From positions 3,114,515 to 3,178,514 of the forward strand of contig CAJINV010000002.1 of the NCBI GenBank assembly GCA_905178155.1: a DNA stretch of 64,000 nucleotides. The letters run 5' to 3'. Below the pieces are notes generated by a model. It was not told the origin of the DNA. It did not search any database and saw only the letters and a list, made by a program, of their open reading frames with translations. Source of the stretch: Amoebophrya sp. A120 (Eukaryota > Protista > Dinoflagellata). This document shows positions 11,702 through 22,213 of this stretch, piece by piece. Positions within the stretch are counted from its first letter, which is position 1; each line of letters opens with the position of its first letter. Position numbers and translations under genes: made by a program.

Positions 11702-14700
11702 ATGTACGGCGGCCACGCAAATGGCGGCGGTCACGGGCAGTACCCAAATTACGCTGCTGCAGCCGCCGCAGCACAGCAGCAGCAGCACCATTACGGGCAG
11801 ATTCCCGGGCAGCAGCAGCAGCCCGGTGGCGGACAACAGGCTCATTACCCACAGCAGTACGGGCAGGTCCCGCATCACCCGCCACCCTACGGGCCGCCAC
11901 CAAACATGATGACCGCTGCGCATCAGCAACAGGCACAGCAGCAGCAACAGCAAATGGCCATGGCGATGGCGGCGCAGCAGCAACAGGCACAAGCCATGGC
12001 AATGGCCCAGGCGCAGCAGCAAATGCACTATAACGCGCAGCAACAGGCTTTTGCGGCAGGATACAATGCGCAACTGCAGCAACAAATGTACACAGCACAA
12101 CAACAAATGCAGGCAGCGGCAGCGCAGAAAGGTTCGTTTGGAATGTTTTTCTTTGATAGTAGAGCTCCTGCCGTGTGACAACATCAATTTCTGTATTTGT
12201 TTTGCAAGCAGCACAGAGCATATTGAGTGGGTTATCGTATATGATTTATTTCGCATGACAAGTTTTTGTTCATCGTACCTACACTACTAGGCACCACTCC
12301 CGGGACCGCGAACGGCGCGAACACAACGCCACCCAACGGTACCACCAGTGGCCCAAACGCGCAGACACCGTCTACCACTTCCGGCACAAAAATGTACGGC
12401 ACCGCACAGCCCTTCGTCCCGATGAGCCAACAGAAAGGCGGAAATAACGCGTCTTCCCCCATGGCAATTTCCAATCCTGCGGACCAAACCCCAACGGCGA
12501 CACCCCAGAAATTATTCCAACAGCAGCAATTTCCTTTGAAACTCGACTCCGAGGAGGCAAAAATCGACCAAATTGCCAAGGCGATGTCGCAGAAAACTAG
12601 CAGTTCCGCGGATTCGGTTTTAAAACCCCACCCGGGTCCTGCGCCGCACAACAACGGGAGCGGCACGGAGTCGACCATTCCGTCAGCGAATGGTACTAAG
12701 GGGCAGGCGTTACCGAAGACGGTCTCGAAGGAAGGCCAGCCGGGGATTGCGGTCTCACTGGAAGAAATTGCGTTTTTCATGGAAGACATGGAACGAACGG
12801 TCTGGTGGCTCATTAAGGCGGGGAAGGTATAGGATTTTTTGCTTGATTTGTGTTGCAGTTCGTTGCAGCATCCGGCGCACGACGACGAAGACGTCGGATG
12901 AAGCAGCACGACTTGCACAACTTCTTGTCATTATGCCATGCAAGGTACAAACTTCAATTTGCTAAAGATTTATACGAACAAAATCCTTATAAATCAGGTG
13001 AAGCAGCAAGAGTTAAAAAACCTGGAGGAATCGAAGAAGAAAGCCACCACCCCCTCCGACCTCAGTTCCCTCGCGGCGCAGCTCCAAGCCAAAACCTTCT
13101 CCACCCAGGCGGATTCGCCGGATAGCATTTTGCTCAAGGGGTCGGAGGAATTGCCGAAGGATGAAGAGTTGGCGAAAACCTGTGACTGGTGGTCAGTGAT
13201 GGAATCGATTGAAAAGAACGTTCTCACCCACATCGATATCCACAGTAAATTTCCCGTACACGTACAAATGCGGTCTCTGCATGAGAAAACCTGGCCCCGA
13301 TCTTAGCTTAGCATGACAAGTATTTTTACTGGTGAAGTCTGTGATGCATTTTGTACATGTACGGGAAATTTGTATTGCATAATCGAAACCCATGAACACC
13401 AGTTACGGTCGAAGATGTTCATCGTGGTGCAGCCGACAAGGGAGCAGAAGGAATTATTAGATATCCTGTGCAAAAGTATCGTACTCGTAGTAATCGCAGT
13501 TATGCATTACAAATCTCCATCTCAAGGCAAAACAGCATCACAAATTCGATTTGTCATGCTGAGCTAATTTGTATTGCAATTACTACTAGTACGATACTTT
13601 TGCAGTTCATACTAGACGTCTTGACACTACTCCGGTTTAACTGCGGGGGGAGAATTATCATCTTCGACATTCCGAACCACGAGATGAACCACAAAGCTTT
13701 GTGGCATTGCCTCCACGAGAACTTGATCAACCAAGTCCCGTTATCCTGTGTAAAAACGTCCCCACCCCAGAGTTGTCATGCAAATCTGCATGAGCTGGAA
13801 TTGGAAATGTTTTTCATGCGGAGCCCCATGAGAAGCATTATCCAGTCGCGTTTTGGAATTTGTAATGCTCCAAGTCCAACCAGCATCATATACTAGATCT
13901 GTGATGCTGCTCAGCTAGCTCAAACAGCCCTAGTACACTACGAATCCAAATTTGTCATGCAAAACAGCCAAAACTTGTGGATTTGTCTAGCCGAGTCCCC
14001 ATCTTGACTATGGGGTGCTGGGGACGTTTTTACATAGGATACCCGTGCTTCGGCGTGCAGGCGGATTTGGTGGAAGGCGGGTTGACGCAGGAGAAATACT
14101 TCATGCAGTGCCTCTCTATCGTCCCCTACATCAAAATATCCAATGCAAAAATGTCTGGATCTGGAAAAGTGTAGACTTGTCATGCAGATTTTCCATGACC
14201 CATGAGGTCTGGAATGCGGGACTTAGCATGACAGACTCTGGGAGGTCTCTGCCATGCCTATCCTGCATGAGAAACTCCCTTCTAACTTGGTCAAAAGTGT
14301 ACAGCTTTTGGCACTCACGCAACACAGATTTTTGCATGCTTCAGATTTACCATGACAAGTTGCAATCTTCCAGACCCAGACACTTTTGCAATTCATACAA
14401 AATCCCGGCGGGCCAGCAGGGAAACTCGCACGACAAAATCAAGTTGTATAGCGTCTTATGAATTGCAAAGATGTCTGGGTCTGGAAGATTGCAACTTGTG
14501 ATGCTATCTTTAGATTCCAAAAAAGTCTGTATTGCATGACCAGCAAGAGGATTCCAGTTTGTGCTACACGGAGAGGGCATTTCTCATGCGGTAGAGGTAA
14601 CACAAAGCGCTCTAAAGATCTGTGATGCTACAGTATGCATCACAGACATCATGGGTCATGGAAAATATGCATGACAAAGCTAAAGATCTCTCAGACCCGG

Positions 14701-17499
14701 ATATTTGTGCATTTGATACGTCTTTTTCCCGGACAAGAAGAGAAAACACTGGTCGTTTGTTAGTGGCGAGGTGAAAGCCGGGGGACAGCACACGAACATC
14801 GCGATGGCGGCGCACGAAATTTGGAGTGAAACCGTTGGGGTTTTTTACCAGTGGACTTGGAACCGATGTTTTACCAGTATAGGATTTTGGATTATATTTT
14901 GCTTACGTTCTTGATGAAGTAATATGAGTGATTGTGTTTGTACGCACAAGCATTTCCCTAACTTGTACCTCCGCATGACAAATTTACACCAAAATAAACG
15001 AATCCATTTATCAGAAACCAAGCCCTTCCTGTACGCGAACCACGAGCGCGACGGGACGAAATACCCCATCCGGCCGTACCTCTTCGTGGAAGCCACCCCA
15101 GAATTCTACGAGTACACGTGTCATGAGCTGAAAGAGGCGATTCCGAACCCACTGGAATCAACCGTCACGGTCAATTACGTGCGTTACGACGAGCCGAAAG
15201 AGGATACCAGGATGATCCACACGCAAGGGCATTATTTCAAGAACCACGACGATGGGGCGTGGTTGGATCTGGACTGGGACAGCGGGCGGTTGTCCAGTCG
15301 GAAGATGGGGGAGAAGAGCCATATCAGGAGGGACGTGGAATTACTGTTCAAACAGCAATATGCACTGCAAAAGTAACTCGTACTGCGTTGTACGAATTGC
15401 ATCACATCAAATTTTTTCAAGAACAAAAATGGAGCTTGTGATGCTATATCCGGTAGAGAGAAATCGATTTGTGATGCATGACGGCAATCAGTACGAGTGC
15501 GAAGATACTTTTGCAATGCATAAGCAACCCAGGAAACTGTGGTCGAGCCTATTCGGGCCGTTGTTAGAGAAATCAGAGGCGGAGTGTAATGCGGTTTTGG
15601 GGAAGGATTTACCAACAGATCCGCCGTTCGTCGTGCAAATGCAGGGGATCGACAAAGCAGCTACGGATGAAGATATTTTAGAGTTTTACCAGGATGGCGC
15701 GCCACACTGTATATGTTGTTTGTAGTTTTGGGGTGATGCGGAACATGCTATGCTGTATTGCAAAAATCTTGTCGCGGCTACTCTTTGGTGTAGCAGGTTT
15801 GGGCCACCAGCAGCCTCACGTGTACGTTCTTGTGTTCTGTGCGAAGTAGATCCAAGAATTTAAAAAATGGCAAAAATACTTTATCAACCAAACTCTCTCA
15901 GGCCAAATCCTGTCCGTGACGCAGATGCAGGAGCCCCGGCACAGTGCCCGAGTTGAATTCGTCGACCAACCATCGCTGCGGGTCGCGCTCCGCAAGCACA
16001 ACGAGTACCTGAAGAGAAGGAAAGTGAAAATTGAGCTGTGGCACGACGGCATGGGCAGTGGGCTGCCCGTCGCGAAACAAAGTTCGGTCACTGGCGGGTC
16101 GTCTGGCGGGAAGGATGCCGTGGTGCCCATGAAGGGGAGGTCACAGGTATAGAAATTATACTCGAGCATTTGTGTTGGAAGATATTTATACCCGCATGCG
16201 AATAGAAAGACAAGGCCCCTGTGAAGAAGCACGCAATAAGTAGGTCTTGCACCTTTTATTCCGAGTTCTGCTTGAGTATCATGCAGAAACGAAATGCTGT
16301 CCAAAACCCTATCAGGTCGAATACTCCGGTCCCTTGCCGAAATCCCCGCCCTACAAGTGCGTCTGCCGCAATCTCGACCGCACGGTGACCGATAACGACC
16401 TAGGGTACTTTTTCTGGGATCGGTATCCCACGAAAAAACTGTTTCACTGGGATGCTTTTGTAAGATCTGCATCACAAGTTTGTTACACATGACACAGAAA
16501 ATCTGCCATGCGCGCTTCCCAAGGGAAAACGTTCCTAAATGTCCAATGTCTTGCGGGTGTAGCAAGACAAATACTTCTGTGTTCCATTCTATACATCACA
16601 AGTTCACACTGAAACAGTTTTTTCTTGTGATAATCGGGAGTGCGAGCCCAAGGTGATCTCTATGGAAGCATGCGGAAAACACACGGGGATCGTGGAGTTC
16701 GGCACGGTGGAATTGTTAAAATCCGCTTTGAAGTGGAACGGAGTGGTTTTCAAGGGGCGGGAAATCTCGGTCTCCCTCTACGACCCGTCGGACGAAAACA
16801 GCCACGCAAATGGAGAGGAGGGCCAAGGTGGGAACAAGAGCAGCTCCGGCGGTAACCCGAGAACGAGTCACAAGTCTTCCATGTCTTCCCCCACAGAACA
16901 CGACTCGGAGACAAGAGAGGGCGGTGATTCGGGGGAAAAGAAATTCGGAAGAAGATCAGGGTTTTTGGGTCGAGGTGGTGATGGCGACGGGAAAGACCGA
17001 GGGGGGAAGAACAAAGGTACTTATAGAATACGATACATTGACTGTGAAATAAAAATGCAGCACATACGGTGTAGTTCTCATGCAAAATCTGCATCAGGAG
17101 ACAAAAACTCTGTCATGCGAATAACCGCAACTCATATCAACCCCCACCCTAGGTAACAAGTATGGGGACCGGGACCGCGACGGTTACTACCCGAAGCTCC
17201 CCGGCTCCACCTACGGTCGCGACAAAAACCCGAGGAAAGGCTCGGGAGAAAAAGACAGCACGGATCGGGACCGGGATATGGACAAGGTCTGGGAACGGGG
17301 AGTGAACCGCGCCGGCGATATTAACCGGGACAACAGTAGTAGTAATCCCCGGAAGGGAAACAATCGCGACAGGGAGAATGGTGGGATGTCGGCGAACAAT
17401 AGTAGAAATCGTGATCGGGGGGACGACGACAAAATCGCGATTAAACAGAATTTCAAGGACACGAAAGCAGACCATGACGACAATTGGCGGCGGGGATAG
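11702..17499 (+). CDS. Q-rich protein with a degenerate Nudix-like segment, two eIF4B/eIF4H-type RRMs and a D/R/Y/G-rich tail; about 13 introns
   Basis: GT-AG introns 12132-12290, 12827-12997, 16147-16315, 17017-17152; probable GC-AG 15697-15901; eight introner-type introns. RRM starts LPTDPPFVVQMQGIDKAATDEDILEFY and LPKSPPYKCVCRNLDRTVTDNDLGYFF; ends ADHDDNWRRG*. Confidence 0.75.
13237..13381. mobile_element. Introner family E
   Basis: IR aaatttcccgtacacgtacaa/ttgtacatgtacgggaaattt; TSD ATCGA. Confidence 0.9.
13462..13611. mobile_element. Introner family B
   Basis: TSD TTAGA/CTAGA. Confidence 0.9.
13742..14041. mobile_element. Introner family C
   Basis: TSD CCCGT. Confidence 0.92.
14137..14397. 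mobile_element. Introner family A
   Basis: TSD CAAAA. Confidence 0.93.
14457..14718. mobile_element. Introner family A
   Basis: TSD CGTCT. Confidence 0.92.
14878..15009. mobile_element. Decayed introner-type intron
   Basis: Starts tataggatttt, residual IR with aatcc, flanks ACCAG/ATCAG; the frame needs a 137-nt removal. Confidence 0.6.
15359..15522. mobile_element. Introner family B
   Basis: TSD AGCAA. Confidence 0.9.
16424..16632. mobile_element. Introner family F
   Basis: IR gaaaaaactgtttca/tgaaacagttttttc; TSD ATCGG. Confidence 0.9.
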
Positions 17500-19411
17500 A
17501 AGTTCTACAGCTTGTTTGTGCTGTCAAATTTAAGTATCACCATGAGGCACGATAGGAAGATGACGGTGCACAATTCTTATGCACCACTCATGTTGACACT
17601 CACACTTGATGACACTAGGCCGCGAACTGTCTCAGTACTATCTGCTTTGTACCTACTTGCGAGAAAGAGCTTCTTCATTTGGAGAGAGGCTTGGTATCTT
17701 GAACATGAACATCTGGACGCATAATGGTACTAGGAGTCATCTCAAATAACGACGGCGACAATCTTAATCTATTCTGAAATCTTTGTACATGAAATAACAT
17801 CTTCTTCGACAGAAAAATTTAGGTTTTTCTGCAAGCGACAGCACAGATTTCGATTTCATATCAGTTACTGGCTAAATATGAAGAGCAAAGCAACAGACGA
17901 ATGAAACTTCTGAATACAACACCCTATGATTTTTACAACAACTACTCGCGGCTTATGTCAAAGCCAAGTCGTTTTCTTTATGTATGTCAAACCTGTACTA
18001 CCGTGCTCAAGGCAGCACTTTTTTACAGGTTGAAGGTTTAATTTCATCGGAATCATGAAAAAAATATGAGTCTTCACGTGCTTGCTTTTTTACTCCTCAC
18101 GAGTAAGAGTATCAGATGGATGAGGAATAAAAAAGGCAGGAAAGTAGACCTAGATCATCATCCACTACAAAAGAAAAGCAGGAAAGGAAAACTCATTTTT
18201 TCTAAATTTGTTTTTGCGATTTAGAAGCGGCGACGCTGTCGTTCGTGTAGTTTGAATGATGCACACATGTGGTTGCATTCCGTTATTTTCTAGCGTAGTA
18301 GTAGAGTGTTTGGACGTTTCGAGCAACGAAATCATTCTCATTTTTCGAAACAAAAGACTCTTTTGCTGAGCTTGTAGTGCGCATGTGACGATTCAACATC
18401 TTTCGTGAAAATCATCCTCTATTAACGATACTTTCTACATAGGCATAGCAGCCACAATTCACGCCGCGGCCAGCGCCTTTTGAGGTGCGACATTCACGCC
18501 ATGCGTTCAATCGTGTTAACACAGAAGTATGCTGGAAGTGTTCTTGATCTCTCCGCACTACTCTCGTCCCGTGATGCTTTGCGGCTACGGTCGTGCGAAG
18601 CGTGACGTCCCGTGCAAATAAACGTGAGCATCACGGGGCCTCTCGTGATGCTTTGCGGCCTTACAGGTTTAGCGAAGAAGCTTCAGAACAATAACCAAGT
18701 TCGGAACAAGGAGGCCTCGAAGCTCGTCCGGTCGTCCACTCTTTTTTGTCGTACGGAATTGCGACGGCTGTCGTGAAGACAGCGCCGCAAGTCCTTAGAA
18801 GTCGTGATTCGTTTTGCAATCTTCGTCCTCGCTGCAGCTTTTACACTCAGGAACGAGCCTCGTGAAGATGATAGCGGCAGCTCGTTCTTTTTCGAAAGCA
18901 AGGTGGGCTCTATCTAATATTGCCATAACCACAGTTGTCCAAAAAACTTGTCGAAAAGGTGATACGATAGCAAAGGCATCCGGCACATTGCCACAGGACC
19001 CTTCAACTTTGACTTTATTTCTTCCCCGTGGGAGCAGGTGTGTTTGTAGATGTGCAAGGCATGATATTAGACTTCACTAGAACTACTTCTTTTCCAGGTG
19101 AATCCTAGAAACAGTTCTGCCAACACGACAAGCGAGAACCCATTTCAGCAAAAGCAAAAGGTAGAAAGGAATTCAACAGGCCGAGGGAGAATGAAGATCG
19201 GAAGAGCGAAATAAAATGGTGAAGCAAGGCGCACTCTACTTATCCGATGTGGAAACGTACCCGCGCTAGAATTGTCATGCAATACAATAAATTGGAGAGG
19301 AACAAGGAAATAATGGCCAAGACGAAGGTGAAGGCCAAAGCCAAGGCGGCCGCCAAACAAACAGCATGCAGGTCCTTCTGAAGACGGCCCTGGGCTGCTG
19401 GTGTTCCCGTT

Positions 19412-20760
19412 TATCTGGTAACCAAATGCGTGCGCGCGCGCGCGCAGAGCGCGCGCCGGCCCACGAAGCCGGCGCGCGCGCTCTGCGCGCTTGCGATATT
19501 GCTTAGCAAACGCAGCGCGAAGGCAGTTGCCGTTACCATATAGGGCAACCGCCGGGAGCCGTGAAGGTCAGGGAAATGGCCAGAAATGAAGCGGGAGAAG
19601 GGAAAAAAAGCGGACCAGATGGGAAAATGGCCAGGAGGGCAAAAATGTCGCAAAAACGGCAGAAACCAAGCGGGAGAAGGTGAAAAAAGAGCACTTTTGC
19701 GGTTTGGCCCACTTGATATCTGAAAAAGAGACGGACTATTTTTTGCTCCGCCCGGTGGCCAGCTGCGTTGGAGAAGCAGGCCCGCGACCTGTTCGGAAGC
19801 CTTGGGCCGCTTCGTAAATGGAAAAAGTTTGAAAAAAATGGCAAAAAATTGCTTCATAACGTGGGTGGGAGCAATCGTCGGATTTTGTCCAGATCACCCG
19901 GGCCACTTGGAAAATGGAAAAAGAGAAAAAAATGCGCAAAAGCGCAATCCCTCCGCAGGCTCCAAAATTGCCAGTCAGCTGCGGTCGGTGAAAATGTGCA
20001 GGTCGCCCGGGCCACTTGAAAACCAGAAAAAAGAGCGAAAATTAAAAAAAATCGAGAACCCTCGGCAGGCTCAGAAACTGGCCACCAAGGGCGGTCCGGC
20101 GGGCGCGCGCTTGCGCCGTACCATCGCGATTGGGAAAAAAAAACCGCATTAGAAGCGGGCGGGGGTATGTCACAAAATCCCCATTTGCCCTAGGTTGTGA
20201 GCAGAAATTCGGCATCTTCTCCGGGTCTGAAATGGCCGATTTTGGTGGCCCAGCCCGGGTTCTTTGGTTTGCGGTTTTCCACATACCTTCTTGGCCAGGA
20301 GGCCAGTTTGTCATGCAGGGGGCTAGAAAGGATGCCCCGCTGCGAAGGGGGATGGGGGGGGGCTTGCCCCCCCCGGCCACATACCTTCTGGGCCAGGAGG
20401 CCAGTTTGTCATGCAGGGGGCTAGAAAGGATGCCCCGCTGCGAAATAGCAAACCGGATTTCGCCTTCAATGCTTATCGCAGGAGCCTGCGGGCCGCCGCG
20501 GGCGACAGTAGTTGTCCGCGGCCCTTTAGGGCCGCGGGGAAGTGGTGGGGCCCGCGGCGGCCCGCAGGCTCCTGCGATAAGCTTTGAATGCGAATCCGGA
20601 AGCCTCCGATGACCCGGGATAGAAGTGGGATTCTAATTAAAAAGAAATGGCGGCGGCAGCCGTGCGGCGAAAGCGCGGCCCGCAGGGTCGCGCTTTCGCC
20701 GCGCGGCTGGTTAGGCTTTCGCGCTGGTTAGATTTTCGCGCACGCATTTGGTTACCAATA
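19412..20760. repeat. GC-rich intergenic element bounded by a 21-bp inverted repeat, with internal hairpins and a 68-bp direct repeat
   Basis: tggtaaccaaatgcgtgcgcg 19416-19436 vs reverse complement 20737-20757; hairpin 19441-19489; direct repeat 20279-20346/20377-20444; perfect 33-bp IR 20471-20503/20550-20582. Confidence 0.75.
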
Positions 20761-22213
20761 TCGCCCTCCGGGCGCGACCTTCATAAAAGAAACAGCCAAG
20801 GAGTTTGGGGGGGACGGGAAAGTCGCGGCCACCATTGGAGGTCTTGCGACTGGCGGAGCGAAGACGCTAGAGTGGTTAGCGGACGGCACGGCTAGCGGGA
20901 TTTCTGGGGTGGGTGCGGCGGCGTCCAGCGGCGTTGCTCGCCTCCTCCCAGCAAGCGAAGTCGGTGTGGCGATGTTGTAGCAGATTTGGCACGAGATCGA
21001 GAGCGATCTGCTATATTGCCATCGCAGCAGCGAAAGAAGGCTCGTTCCAGATGCTCATGAACTCTATTTTGTTAAGGCTTCTTGTTTTATTTCTACTGTG
21101 AATAAAGAAATAGATCGGCGTTCAGCTGCTCTCGGGCTGGAGGAGGGAGTAGCACGCAGCAGTCCGCTAAAGGGCACACTGCCAACATCATCAAAGAAAT
21201 AGAATGAAAAAGAGAGAGACCCTTTTGTTCATCACGTACGACAATGGCATAGCGCCGGGCGGCGGAGTGTTTTTTCAACCGTGGCGAGCCCGACCTGCTC
21301 GATAACGGAAAACCCAGCGCCAGTGGTCCTGCCCGCAAAAATGTTTATCAACAGGAGTTCGCAAATTTTGATTTATTTTTGATCATGAATTAATAATAAA
21401 TACCCATCCGGATCCCAACCCCTCCACCTCCTCCTGTTGTTCCGTACTAGTTCGTCTTCCTGTTCTTCCGTCTCTGCAAATAAGAAATACAACGAACCGA
21501 TTTTATCATGAATACGAGTAGTTGTGCCCGCAATAAGAAGAGTTCTGAATTTGCTTCAATGTATCTATAGGAGTCTGAAAGCACCAGCACATCTTCGCAC
21601 GTGACGATTCCACATCTTTCGTGAAGATCATCTGCTATCAAAGATACTACACGACAACACGCACAATTCATGCCACGACCAGGCTATTATTTGAAGTCAG
21701 TGGAGCCTCCACACCTTGCGTTCGATCGTGTCCGTGTGGTAAGTAGGGAGTGTTCTTTATCATTTCTCCCCCCACTATCATCGTTTCGTCATGATTCGTG
21801 GCTGTAGTCGTCTTCCTCGATTCGGCCGCCCTTTTGAGAGTCCTAGCTCGAAAGTCTTGCCGTGAACTGGTGGAGCGAAGCATCGACCAGCTAGCTGCTC
21901 GACACAGTATTATTAATTTTTGTGCAAAACACAACTGGAGCGATGCGGGACTACAACTTTGGATGTTGATAGGGCGCTCGGTCTCGGTCCCGGCCTTTGA
22001 TTTCTCGTTGATTTTGATTTCTCCTGCTTGTCTCCTGCCTCTGTTTCAGAATGGAAAAAGAAACCGTCAATTAGTAGTGTCTGCGACAAGCGGGAGCCTC
22101 TGTAGCTCTCCCAGGCAGGTCCTCTCTCGACCCTCAGGAGAAGATAGAGACACCTGTGAATAAGCCTCAAGTACAACAATCAACATCCTCCGCAATATTT
22201 AGACTAAACCAAG

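Noticed and set aside
20525-20531. TTTAGGG telomeric unit
   Set aside because: Single copy within a hairpin; no array.
19411-21101. ORFs in the first GC island as a transposase
   Set aside because: Short and low-complexity, with no DDE, tyrosine recombinase or RT motifs.
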